From NCBI GenBank assembly GCA_965287045.1, contig OZ336880.1, forward strand, positions 73,408,001-73,472,000: a DNA stretch of 64,000 bases. The letters run 5' to 3'. Origin of the DNA: Carcharhinus amblyrhynchos (taxonomy: Eukaryota). How positions within the stretch are numbered: position 1 is the stretch's first letter; every line of letters starts with the position of its first letter. The translations under genes were made by a program, and so were the position numbers. The notes below the pieces were generated by a model that did not search any database, was not told the origin of the DNA, and worked only from the letters and a program-made list of their open reading frames with translations. Shown piece after piece: positions 24,682-37,266 of this stretch.

Positions 24682-27600
24682 ACTTGGAATTGGCAGGGTC
24701 AACCTGGTCCTCAAAGTCTGACCCAGTAGGAGCTCAGCAGAAGCTAGTCCAGTGTTTGTACATGTAAGCAAACAGCAATCTTGCTAACTTTGGTTCAAGG
24801 CAGTGATAATTTCTCCATGTCAGCTTTGAAGGCTTGTACTGCATGTTGCATGAGCCCATTAGATGAGGAGTGATATGGCGCTTTTCAGATATACTTGATT
24901 CCATTGTGTGTGATGAAGCTTTGGAACTCAGCCCCTGTGAGTGCCGTTCCATTGTCTGAAAGAAGTACTTCTGGCAATCCATGGGTGGAAACTGGAGCAG
25001 TTTCTCAATTGTCACATAGGATGTTGTGGCTTTCATTTAGCATGCCTCTGACCCGAAAACAGGAACATTACACCCATAAATGGGCCAAAAAAAGTCAACA
25101 TAAACTCTTACCAGCAGCTAGGACTTCCTTTTCAATTTGAGAATACCCTTGTTCCACATCTGAAAGGGTTCTTGATATGTATCCAATGGGTCTGCCTGAC
25201 CCATCATCTATCCTATTGGATAACAGAATTCCCATCCCATACAGGGATGATTCACATGTGAGAACCAACTTTTTTTGTGGGGCCAAAATGTGCTAACAGG
25301 CATCATGATTGAAGTGTTTGTATCATTTGGCTGAAAGCTTCCTTTTGTGGTGTTTTTCACCACTATCTCTGACGTTGCTTCAATTGTGCATGCAAAGGTG
25401 CCAGCGATGTTAATGTATTTGGGAGGAACTGCCTGTAGTAGTTGACAAGCTCAAGGAAAGATTTGAGTTCTGAGGTGTTCCTAGGGGTCAGTGTTTCTTT
25501 AACGGCTCTCACTTTGTTCTCCATAAGATGAACCCATCTGTGCATCCACTCTACAACCTAGATACACCAACTCATGAACTCCTCCTTGGAGTTACTGATA
25601 TGTTTGTTCTCTGGGGCTGAGGCCCCCTGTGTCCACCTTCAGCTTCAGTGGACACTATTCACCAATAACTGCGTTGTAATTGGGACAACCTTGCCTACGT
25701 TATGTTATTCATTAACAAAATAATGGATTCACCTTCCAGATGACTATATTATGCGCTGAAGCTACATTATTTATCCTGTTAATACTGGGCAGGCCCTGCT
25801 TGTTCTACACTTGTCTTATATGCGCTCTTGTTCCAAATGTGAAGCATTCTGCTTTTCTGAATCAACACTTGTCTTGGGACTGAATCCCCCCACATCGGTA
25901 GCACACTGCATTTCTCCTTGGCTGTTGAATATAATTCCTATACTTTTGAATTATTTTGACTTCAATGCTTCACCCCTTGCTTAAACCAACACCTTCCCTT
26001 TTGGCCTCACTGCTGTAGCTGCTTCACCAAACCTGGTGGATCTCACTGTTGTGCATCCTTTGTAGCTCTGGGGACCTCTTCTCTACACTTTCCATTGCTA
26101 AGGCCATTTTCAACTTTTTAAAAAGTTACTTCTAACTCTGGCAGTAGCCTCTTCTGTACTGCCATATTGTTTACATCGCTAACCAAACAGTCCCTCAGCA
26201 TGTCATTCAATGCTGGACCAAATTCACAATGCTCCATTATTTGTCTTATCCTTACTAAAAAGGCTGCAATGATTCCTCTTTTGGCCCTCCCAACTGAATT
26301 AGCTGTTTACATTTACAATATTACTGAGGGCTTCAGGTGGTAATGCCGTTTCACTAGTTACATGGGTTCTGCAAAAATTTTGGTACCAGGCGCATCTGGA
26401 GATATTGAATCCTTGGTCAAATTATATGCCCCAGCCCACACATTGTAATCAATATAACCTCCTCCTTATCCTTCCCCTCTATTCCATTAGCCTGGAAAAT
26501 TATTGCAAATACTCCACATTCTGTACTCAGTCTTTGGAATTTGCATCAAATGGCTCCAACTTGCCAAAGATGGTCACGTTGTTAATTTTTTCTTTGCAGA
26601 TTGGATCCAAGTTATGCTCATGACTTATGCTGGACTATTTCAAATGAGATCACCTTTGCACTTTTTTTCAGGACCTTCCATTTTCTTCATCGCCAATGTG
26701 ATGATTGCAATGATTGGCGACAGGTTAACAACAACAACTATTTATTAACTAACTCAAACTAGCGTGCTTCAGTATGTGTCTTCCCCCATTCAGCTCAAGG
26801 ATCAATTTTGATGGTAAAAGCCTGTGCTCAGCCCTAGGATTTGCACAGTCCCACCTCACTGGCAATCAGGTCACATGATGTGATTGGCGCAACTAGTGGG
26901 CTGAAGGGTCTGTTTGTGCTGTAGTGTTCTATGTTCTATATTCTATGATCCCTGGACACTTGTCCCGTATGTAGGCTCACTGCTGCAGGTCCAAAATAAA
27001 GGATTTCATCGCCATCTTGAAGAGGCATTTCTGGAGACTCTTTTTATTGATTTGAGAAGGGAGGAGAGTCAACACTAATGGTGTTGCTGATGAACAACAG
27101 ATAAAAATCCTAGATAACAGTTTGCATCAGTGCATCATTTGTTTGTGAACTCATGATTTGCCAGACATTTTATGTCGCATTCAATGCGCTATTTTTGATT
27201 TGACTTTAACCAGAGGGTTCTAACCGCATTGATAGAGCAATGTGGAAAGTCCCTGAACAATTTCTGCTTCGTCATTCACCTGGGCTTCATAACGTTAAAA
27301 GAACCTTTGGAAAGGCAATCTAGGCACACATCTGAATAAGCCACACACTGACAGATGCAGTAGGAAAGAAGAGACAACAGGGAGAAGGCCTTACCACTAA
27401 AAGTGTACACAGTATTGATTTGGATCTGCGGGAACAGGCTGGCATTTTTGACTTAACAGATGAGCTTTCGCTGATGCATCCCATGAGTTGCACAAGTATT
27501 GTAAATTGTCGTGGGTAATTTCTATAGCTTTGCCAGGGATTCTGGCAGTTTCCCTGTCAGTCTATGATACATAGTTGTATCCAGCAGATGACATCTCCTC

Positions 27601-28284
27601 CAACATACTACTGCACAGACAATATAATTGCAATTTCTGAGCTTCTCAATGCATTGTCACATTCACCAACATAAGTCCAACATGCTGGAAAGAAAAGCGA
27701 CGGAACAGTGGAGCCAAAAAGCATAAACCTCTATTGCGCGAGTTTCACCTTCAAACTGGCTCAGAGATCAGTTCTCCTCAGCAGCTTTAAACATTATATG
27801 AAACAGATTCCACTCATTTTAAATTGATTGCTACAACTCTAGACTAATTAACTGAAACAGACATTTTGTCCTGAATAAAATATCAATAGAACTATGAACA
27901 TGAATGATGACAGTCTAAAACTATTTGTATGAAGGGGAAAAAAAAACAACATTGGATTTCAGTCCAAATCTTTAGATGTTGAACTGTGCAAAATTATGAT
28001 TCCCTTAAAGCTAAATTTCTACAAAACTATTGATATTGGTTTTTGAACACTTTGAATTGCAAATTCTCACCATAACAATCAGCTGGGGGAATGCCATGGC
28101 TCTTGTAAAGTTCTTTTAATTCGCATTACATTGGGGTATTTGTTGACTCAGATTGAGCAGTCACTCCACTTGAGGCAATGCAATGTTTGTTCATGAATAA
28201 AAGTTAGGCTACTTTTTCCATGTGTTCATTGGTGCGTTGGATGCATTTCAAGAGAAGAAATGAGGTGTCATAATACATCGCAAT

Positions 28285-28587
28285 GTGGCACAGTGGTTAG
28301 CACTGCTGCCTCACAGCACCAGGGACCCAGATTCGCTTCGCAGCTTGGGTCATTACTTGTGCAGAGACTGCACATTCTCCCCGTATCTGCGTATGTTTCC
28401 TTCGGGCTCTCGGGTTTCCTCCCACAGTCTGAAAGATGTGCTGGCTAGGTGAGTTGGCCATGCTAAGTTCGCTCTCAGTGTATCCGAACAGGTGCCAGAA
28501 GGCGACTAGGGGATTTTCACTTTAACTTCATTGCAGTGTTAATGTAAGGTTACTTGTGACACTGATAAATGAACTTTAAATTTAAAC
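28285..28587 (+). mobile_element. V-SINE, tail type 2
   Basis: gtggcacagtggttagcactgctgcctcacagc head; tail cattgcagtgttaatgtaag..tgtgacactgataaa. Confidence 0.88.
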
Positions 28588-29017
28588 ATTGTCATCATTA
28601 AAACATGGAAGCAGTGAAGCAGGACACATCTATCCTGCTGATGAATTCCCACATGTCTAGGATTTTCCATTTATTCCCCCCTGACTGAGATCATATTTAT
28701 GAATTGAAATTGTGTTCAAATTCAAAGAATATGGAGGTAGTTTGTGACGTCAGTTTATCATCCTGTCTTCAGTTGCTAGCTAATCAGCAATCCTCTTGTG
28801 CCTTCTTCATCACGTCCCAGGCCACAAAGGTTTCAAAGGATCCTAAGGCCCTGGGTCTAGCTGATGGATAAATCTTAATTAAAATATTTTCATTTATTTT
28901 AAACACTACCACTGTCAGAAATATCTTTTAATTCATGAGCCACTCCTTCATTACCTGGCAGCCTTCTGCTAGCTTGCCATTCTCATCCACTGGCAATTGA
29001 CATTGGGTTCAAAGATC

Positions 29018-29155
29018 AGGGCAGGATTCTCCCATCTTGTCTGTACCTGCCCTGCTGCAAGTGAGAATGGAGAATTTGGCGTTCCAGCCAAAATTTCATT
29101 CACTTTCAGTCACACCGGAGAAACCTGGCTGCAAATGGGGATGGAGATTTTTGGC
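29018..29155. mobile_element. Harbinger-like MITE
   Basis: gggcaggattctccc 5' TIR; gagaatttggc..cagccaaa core shared with the 55490 copy. Confidence 0.65.
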
Positions 29156-29410
29156 GTAAACGGCTTTCTGGTCCATCTTTGACCACTAGCAATGTTAACA
29201 CCAAAGAACACTGAGGACTGTGGACATGCTGTAAAGTTGAATACAGAGTCATTATTATGCAAAGAAATTTAGATCTACAATTTTTTTGCCATCTCCTCCT
29301 GATCTTACAATTTGAATGCTCTATGAAAATATTCTACATTTAATTGAGAATTAATAATATCAATAATTATGCATTATAATTAAACACCCTAAAACGGAAA
29401 ATCAATATGT

Positions 29411-29683
29411 GGGGCGGCACAGTGTCAGGGATGTGGGTTCGATTCCTGGCTTGGGACACTGTCTGTGCAGCCTCCACATGTCTGCATGGGTTTCCTCCAG
29501 ATGCTTCAGTTTCCCTCCACAGGCTGAAAGACGTGCTGGTTAAGTTCAATGACCATGCTAAATTCTCCCTCAGTCTACTCAAACAGGCGCCAGAGTGTGG
29601 CAACTGGGGAATTTTCACAGTAAGTTCACTGCAGTGTTAATGTAAACCCACATGTGACACTAACAGATAAACTTAGAAACTTA
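29411..29683 (+). mobile_element. V-SINE, tail type 2, internally deleted
   Basis: gggcggcacagtg..gggttcgattcc; tail tgtgacactaacagataaacttagaaactt. Confidence 0.85.
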
Positions 29684-29864
29684 ATACAGTTTTGGAGTTC
29701 AACTGTAATTTATGCACACAGAGTCTAGTTAAACAATTGTTTCTGCATTGATGCAACGTGGTTTTACTGCTGCATCAGGGCACAATGTGCAATATCATTG
29801 TGATTTGAATTTTGGCAAGCAAGAGATTGTCTCACAAATGATCGAGAAAGACCTTCCATTGATA

Positions 29865-30245
29865 GAGTACATTTCACACCCCTAGGACACCCCGACATGC
29901 TCTGCAGCCAATCATCTTTTGAATTCTGCAATCATTCTTATTTGTAGGCAAACGGTGGGGGGTGGGGGAGGGGAACAACTGTAAGATCCCACAATGAATC
30001 AACAAGGTAAACAGCAGTTTGTTTATTTTGATGGAGGAATGAATGTTGGCCAGGACAATTGGAAAATGCCCTGTTCATTTTTGAATGTGTCACATGTTCA
30101 AGGCACTAATAAATGGATAAGTCTTCCAACAATGCAGCACTCCATCAGTCTTGTGTTGAAGCATCAATTGAGATTAATGGCTTATGCTTTGGAGAGATGC
30201 TAGAAATTCCTGACCTCAAACTAAGTGCTGCCACTAAGCAAAGGT
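29865..30245 (-). mobile_element. Deu-domain SINE, decayed
   Basis: cagccaat..aagatcccaca..ttggccaggaca..tgcagcactcc blocks. Confidence 0.5.
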
Positions 30246-31695
30246 GATTCAGAATGTAACTTTTTTTTTACTGCCAGTTAATTAGGGAAATATGGCAATT
30301 CTAATTTGAACTGGATAGTTCTTTAAAGAACATAAAAACGTAAAATATAGTTGCACAAAACAAAATACTTGAACTAATACATTTGAAAACTAAACACTTC
30401 CTCGGGGCTCAGCAATTAGGTTCAGATGCTACTTGTTTCTGCTTGCAAAGGGGTTAATTAAAAAAAAAATTACTCGCATTTATGCCTCTGGCCTAGTTTC
30501 CTCCGTACTTCAGAAACACTTTTTGATAATTGCTAATGAATTGATAACAGTTAATGAATTCTTCTCAGAGTCAAATATACTGACCATGAAACATAAAGTT
30601 TGGAGTTAATATTCTATACAGGTTTTCGAGGGCATAGCGACGATAAACGTTAATTGTTTATGAATCTATTCGAATATTAAGCCATTTCCACGGATGTTAC
30701 TTTTATTATTTATATTCCTTTGTCCAGCAAATGCCACGTTGTAAGGTAGTAAATATGTTTCATGATTGATTAAATGTGCTTCAGTTTATTTGAGAGAAAA
30801 AAAATTCTTTCATTTTTTGAATACTGGAATAAATATTTGACATATTAGAGCTGAGACATTGTTCTTTGAAGGAAAATTCTTCAGTTTAGTCAACATCTGT
30901 GTTACCAAGTCAACGGTGATAATTATCTTTCATAATTGGCTGGAAAATGTTCATGCTTACCAAATGTGATTTCAATGGGCTGCCTTACATGTGTGCATTT
31001 CAATGACCTTGACCATCATATAACACTCCTCAGGGGGCTCTTCCCAGATGAAAATACCTTAGAAATGCAGTGGGTGCTCCAAGCAATAATTACTCGTAGA
31101 AAATGTGCGGTTATGTGACACATATATTCACAGCAGAATAAATAGTACCAGAATTCACTCTGAATTTACACCATGGATTTAAAGTAAATAACCATTTGGA
31201 AGCACATCAAGGATATAATGACAGGAGTGGATCGTGCAACACTGAAGTCACATTAATTTACATGCAATTCCAGTTGTTAAAAAAAAACTTAACAGAAATG
31301 TGAGCTTGCTTTCGAGACTGCAAGCAGCCTGTCTACAGCTAAAAAGAAGTAATAATCCTGTGAACGTCTTGGTAGTGGCTGATACAGAAAGGGAGTGACT
31401 TACAAATACAGTGCATTTGAGAGTTTGTGATGGAGCTTTTTGATAGGATTGACAGTGGACAATAATAAGCTTGTGATCAAAGTCATCTCACATTCCTACT
31501 CAAGAAAGGCTTGAATGGCAGTGGAGGAAAAAAATCTTCACTTGCATTGTTCTTTTTGCATCATCAATACATCACAAAAAGCTAGTAGCTAATTACTTAA
31601 GTTAAAGGTTAAAATGGTATTCACCACCCTCCAAAAACAAGCAAAACCGTGCCCCTTGTGCTCATGTAAATAAATAATGTGGAGATGTGGGTACA

Positions 31696-31829
31696 GTAAG
31701 AAGTCTCACAACATCAGGTTAAAGTCCAACAGGTTAATTTGGTATCACGAGCTTTTGGAGCACTGCTCCTTCATCAGTGATACCAAATAAACCTGTTGGA
31801 CTTTAGCCTGGTGATGTGAGACTTCTTAC
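31696..31829. mobile_element. Palindromic Penelope-derived mini-element with one central hammerhead core
   Basis: About 53-nt arms gtaagaagtctcaca..ggtatcac / gtgatacc..tgtgagacttcttac around minus-strand CTGATGAAGGAGCAGTGCTCCAAAAGCTC. Confidence 0.85.
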
Positions 31830-31843
31830 CACGCAAATAGAGA

Positions 31844-32240
31844 CAAAATACTGCAGATGCTGGAATCTGAAACAAATACAGAAAATGCTGGAAAAACTCA
31901 ACAGGTCTGACAACATCTGTGGAGGAGAATATAGCCAGCGTTTTGAGTCATTACTCTGTAACTTTAAGTTACAACTGTTTTCTTTGGAACAAAGAAAGCT
32001 GAGATGAGAAATGATAGAGGTACTCAAAATCATGGAGCGTTCTGGCCAGAATAGATAGGGAGTAATTATTCCCACATATGAAAGGCTCGAGAATGGGAGG
32101 ACACAGATTTAAAGAAATTGGTAAAAGAATCAAAAGCGATGGTTAGAAAAGGCTTTAGCCTACAGCAACTGGTTAGGATCTGGAAAACACTGCCAGTGAA
32201 TGTGGTGGAACCAGGCTCAATCAAAGCATATGAAGGAAAG
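31844..32240. mobile_element. Penelope-derived terminus (family B, 31844-31950) followed by a CR1 fragment (+, 31975-32240)
   Basis: aaaatactgcagatgctggaatctgaaacaaa as at 50565. Then tttctttggaacaaagaaagctgaga (FSLEQRKLR, CR1 ORF2). Confidence 0.7.
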
Positions 32241-32957
32241 TCATGTTGCTGAAAATCTGTGTCAGTGTCACCTGTGGAACCTCAATCTGCTTTAAGGGGA
32301 GAAATTTGAATGGAATGTTTTAGTAACATCTTTGCAAAGAACTGCTGAACAAAATCATAAAAGGAATATTAACAGAAGAAGAGGATATCTAGAATCTAAA
32401 GACAAGAATAAACAATGGGATTTGTGCCTTCCTCAAAACATTTGCCATTATGGATAATTATAGCCAGTTGTCATTTTTGGGATACCAATTGGAACAATTA
32501 TATTTGAGCCAATGCTATTTTGAGGATATGCAATGAGTTTTTTGGATGACATCCTTAAGTCATAATGTTAAATTGCTGTCAACGTTCCCAAAACCTTTCC
32601 TAAGCATTTTAGCCAAGCATCAGATAATTCAAAATGATCTTTCAAGACAAACCCAGTTTTTTTTATCACAGCTCACATTAGTCCAGCATGAACATTTCAC
32701 AAAGCAAGCATTCTGCCCTGTCAAATGGTGGCAACAATGTCAGTAATACATTAATGATTTGTATTTCCATGGAATATGGTAAGGTGCCTCAGAACTTTAT
32801 ATTACAGGTGCAGAGAGAATAAATAAATGGCACTTCACCAGAAGGGGAAAGGAAAACATGGAGAGAGTTTGGATCAGATTTCTTTTACAAATTATAATAA
32901 ACTAAGTATTTCAAAAGGTTTTTGAAACAAGGGAGTGAGATTTTATATCAAAAACTT

Positions 32958-33600
32958 GGGCAGGATTTTATCACATGCTGCAGAACCCCAATGTTGGGAT
33001 CCAATGGGGCTCTCCAGCCTGCATGTGGCATCACCTGGTGCCCTCTCACACCAGCTTCCTGAAGGTAGCCACCTAATTGACCAACTTTGCATCTGCCATC
33101 TAAATAAAGACAGTAGGTGCCCAGAACGGCACACCCCACCTCCCCCCAGACACCTCCCTCTGCACTCAATTCTGCCGGCACCAGAAATGGACATTGCTAA
33201 GGCAGGTAGGAGACCTCAAGGGTGTTTTAACATGGAGTTATAGCAATGAATTATTTCAGGGGTGGGGGAGGTGGTAGGCCCCTCCAAGGAGGGTGGAGGG
33301 AAATCCTTCCAGTTGAACTATTCGAACCATGGCAGCGTTTAATGCCCAGTGCCCTTTTTCGGATCGAGGCTCTGACCCCTCTGGCTTCTACTATATTTGA
33401 GCAGGAGGTTGGCTACATTCAGCTGATTGCCTCCACAAGAGCCAGAGGGGCAGCTCCAACAGTAGGACAATGCCAACCAAGGCAGAATTTGGCTCCTAGT
33501 TGAGGGCTTAATCATGTAAAGTGGTTACCTGTCTCCATACAGCAAGCAGCACTGATCCACATCCCTGCCTGCCTGGGAAACTGTCCTGGTAGCTGGAATG
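32958..33600. mobile_element. GC-rich non-autonomous DNA transposon (Harbinger-like)
   Basis: Starts gggcaggatttta, the same TIR class as the MITEs. A related block lies at about 34198-34820. Confidence 0.45.
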
Positions 33601-33901
33601 TATTGGGGAACCTCCTGATATGCATGCATGCATGCACCTACACACACACACATGCACACGTGCTCATACACACGCCTGCAAGCATGGGGCCAGGAAACTC
33701 TGTCTCAGCTTTCTATTATTCAATATATATTCAATGACTCACAGACAATAATTTCCAAAATACATATTTTAAAAAAAGCAATAAACTATGCAAAAAAAAA
33801 ACAAGTTCCATACAAGCAAAGAATTCAAGGCACAGTTCTCTGACCAAGAACTTTTAATTACTGCTCTGATTGCTGGCCAATCCATTTGCTTTAAGTTCAA
33901 A

Positions 33902-34190
33902 GTGTCAGCTTGGCTCAGTTGGTACAGTAGTTGTCTCTGATTCAGAAGATTGTGCATTCAAGCTTCACTTCAGCACTTAAGCATATAATCTAGGCTGACA
34001 GCTCTGTGTAGTTACAGAACAGGTGCTGCATTGTTTGGCTGAGATATTAACAGGAAGCTTTCTCTGCCCAGTGAGGTAACTGCAAGAGTCTTGTGTTACT
34101 ACTTGAACAAGAGCCAGGAGTTCTTCAGAAGTCCAAGCTAATATTCCTTCACGTTACCCAAATAAACTAATTGGCCATTTCCTGTTTAAA
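33902..34190 (+). mobile_element. Deu-domain SINE
   Basis: gtgtcagcttggctcagttggta..ctctgattcagaag head; ataatctaggctgaca. Confidence 0.65.
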
Positions 34191-34907
34191 GGAGCTTGAC
34201 CAGAATATTATGCCCTCCCTTGTTGGGTTAGAAAATATGGGGGCATAAAATTAGGCATCATGCCCATGCCTATTGCCCACCTGCCTAAAATGGGATTTCC
34301 CCATGGCATTGGGATTGCCAAAATGGGATTGCAGCTGATGGGATTTTACCTTCAGCAAGGCCACCGAGTTACTCTTGGCAGTTTTTTGCATGCCCAGTTG
34401 TGCACCCCCCCCCCCCCACCCCACAAAATAGATTTCCCATCTATGCATTTCCCTCATGCCTTAACAAGTTCCCTCCCCACCACCATCACCTCGATCACTG
34501 GGACCTGGCCCCTGTGAAAGCCTGAATTTATTTCAAGTCTGTGTCCATGGCATTTGTTCTCTGGGTCTGCCCATAGTCCTGGCAGTGGCACTGTTGGGGA
34601 TAGAGAACTGCCAGTCAGTTCATTAGCGGGCAGCACTTGGTGGTAGGACTTCTCCGAGATGGAGGTGGAATTCCTGCCTCGAGCCAATTAACAGTCCAAA
34701 TGGCAGCGGGGTTGACCAAGCCAAGCAAGAGGCAGCCCTGCCCAACTTTTCAGCTGGGCGGTGGGCAGGGGCAGAGGGGTGGGTGGGTGGGGGAATAACA
34801 CCAGCTCCATGTAAACCTCTCGCTGTTCTGTGTACAAATTAGCTGCTGTGATGATTGGACATTTAAATAGGTTTGTTTGTTATTAAGTTTTTTCTGACGT
34901 CTTCAAA

Positions 34908-35045
34908 TGATTAGGTGCATTGGCCATGCTAAATTCTCCTTCTGTGTACCCAAACAGGCGCCAGAATGTGGCAACTAGGGGACTTTCACAGTAACTTCAT
35001 TGCAGTGTTAATGTAAGCCTTCTTGTGACTATTAAATTAACTTTT
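34908..35045 (+). mobile_element. V-SINE 3' half, tail type 2
   Basis: ggccatgctaaattctcc..cagtaacttcattgcagtgttaatgtaagcc. Confidence 0.85.
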
Positions 35046-36589
35046 TTTTTAAAAAATCATGTAAGGTGCTAAATAAATGTAAATTCTACAATTTAATTAA
35101 ATGCATTAAGATTGTAAATTGATATGAAACATAAAAGGCAGAAAGTTAACACAAATGTGGTAGCCAGCCTACTAAAAATAGCGCACTCAGAAAACAAAAG
35201 GCCCACTTGTCTTCATTAACATTCATCTTCACCTCATATCAAAATGATTGAAATATTTAGCCCTGTGCTCTTACATCCTCATGCTTCCTCAGTCAATATT
35301 TCCTAGTCTAGTAATGCTTTTGAGCAAGAACTCAGTGGAAAGTTAAACAGTTTAGCTGTTGAACCAAGCAATAAATGGTGTTTCAGGAAAAGAAAAGCAA
35401 TGAGTTTGCCAACAGTGACATAAAGATGAAATGAGTTGGATTTCTCCATAACATAGCACGTTGTTCGGATCACTTACTAACGGATTGTGTTTATGAATAC
35501 ACTATTGATTTTTTAAAAGGCGGGGGATTTTATTTAAAACCTATTTACTTGAAAGCTATCATAAACATATGAGTTCAAATTGGTAAGTCAAGGGACATCT
35601 GAAAAAAAAAGACATATCGTTTTCACAGACTTTTCCTTTCATTTTCAGATCATTAAATCAGTAGATGAAATGTGCAGCGATGATTAATTTTAGCTAATCA
35701 AGGTCATTTTAAGGTATCAGCTTCACATCCTGCCAAAATAACCATGGCTTGCTAAAATGTACCATAACCATTATTGCACGCTATGCCATTATCACATTTA
35801 TTATTGCTCAATTAGAGTGGTCCTTAAAATTCCATAAAAGATAGAACTTCCTTACTTAACATATTTATTATGATCCTGATTCACATTCAACAGTGCATCA
35901 TGTTCATCTCCCACTCATTCTAATCCTGATTCGACTCAAATACTGCTTAATGGAGTTTCTCTTTAATTTCGATCATAGAATGGGAAATTTTCATTAAAAC
36001 AGAATGTTCTGAGCATCAGTAACCAAATATTATATTATGTCTTAATGTAATTTCTAATTTTCTGAGGGTATAAAGTAAATGCAGTGAATGGGAAAAGAGC
36101 TGCCATGATATTGGGATTGATAGTTTCAAGATTATTGCTGACAAAATCATTTTCCTTTTAAAGGTACATTACTCGGCATTAGTAGAATTTATTGTGGCTG
36201 TGACACTGTTATGTGGTACTTTTGACCGGTATTTCAAGAGTGAAAAGAAAATTAGTATTGGCTCTAGTTCCTGAATTAGCGGCAGTCCGACCACTTGACT
36301 GAACCGAACTGTGTTGGAGAAATGAGATGGGATTGACCCTGTTATTTCACATAGCAAAACTAAGGTGAAATGTCAGTACTTAGCACAACATTCTACAGAA
36401 TTTTACTTAATTTGGGCCGTAGAGATTTCTTTCAAAACAAAATTACGCAACTGTTCAAAACCACATGAGTAGTATCCCATTGAAACATAATGAACATGTG
36501 TAGTCTTTCCAGCCCCTTCAAACCTTAACAAAATCATGGGAAGTCTTATTTCACAGTGTCTTGAGAAGCTAGATTTGTTTAGGGACAGT

Positions 36590-37132
36590 TGTCTAGGTAC
36601 TGTCACTGGACTAGAAAACCAGAAGCCCAGGGTCATACTCCGGTTTGAATCCCACCATGGCAGATGCTGAAATTTGAATTCAATAAAAAAAAACTGGGAT
36701 GAAAAAGTCTAATAATGACCATTAATTAAATGCATTACAATTGTAAATTGACCTGAAATATAAAAGGCAGAAAGTGAATACAAATGTGGTAGTCAGTCTA
36801 CTAAAAATAACACACTCAGAAAATGAAAGACCCACTTGGCTTCCTTAACATTCATCTTCATCTTGTATCAAAATGATTGAAACATTTAGCCCTTTGCTCT
36901 TACATCCTTCAATTGTCAATTGTCATAAAAACACTCTGGTTTTCACTAATGTCCTTTAGGGAGGGAAATCTGCCATCCTTACCTGGTCTGGTCCACATGT
37001 AATTCCAGATTCACAGCAATGTTGACTCTGAAAATAAAAATGCTCTTTGAAATGTTCAGGGGCAATTAAGGTTGGGCAATAAATGTTCGACCAACCAGTG
37101 GTACCTATATTCCTCATGAATCAATGAAAAAA
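36590..37132 (+). mobile_element. tRNA-SINE (family of 2392-2743) interrupted by a 190-nt local duplication
   Basis: Collinear with 2392-2743 except for 36721-36909. Confidence 0.75.
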
Positions 37133-37266
37133 GAATGGGGATCTAATATTCTGTCTTTGCTAACTAGCTCAAAAATGGACGTGAATAAGAAGTGACAGAG
37201 TGGAGGGGTATAAAGGCTGACAAAGTATTTCATCAGTTTTTAAGTATTACTCTTTGATCCGACAAC

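Larger units (their letters stand above)
23347..26987 (-). mobile_element. Ty3/Gypsy LTR retrotransposon provirus, internally deleted and decayed
   Basis: TG..CA LTRs at 23347-23575 and 26697-26987. 5-bp TSD GGTCC (23342-46, 26988-92). PPT cccttccccctttaag at 23576-91. PBS TGGCGATGAAGA at 26684-95 (minus strand). RT-end ELKSFLELVNYYRQF, RNase H LVLTCESSLYG..RPIGYISRTLS..YSQIEKE, integrase remnants. Confidence 0.93.

Noticed and set aside
28285-28360. tRNA genes suggested by Pol III A/B boxes
   Set aside because: All such boxes are heads of SINEs that continue into V or Deu domains; no cloverleaf with a terminator.
31696-31829. CRISPR repeat, bacterial terminator or pre-miRNA
   Set aside because: The context is eukaryotic, there is no repeat-spacer array, and the arms match the dispersed Penelope termini at about 8640, 24348 and 43059.
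33620-33685. (TGCA)n/(CA)n tract as a functional Z-DNA element
   Set aside because: It is a short, ordinary degenerate microsatellite with no further support.
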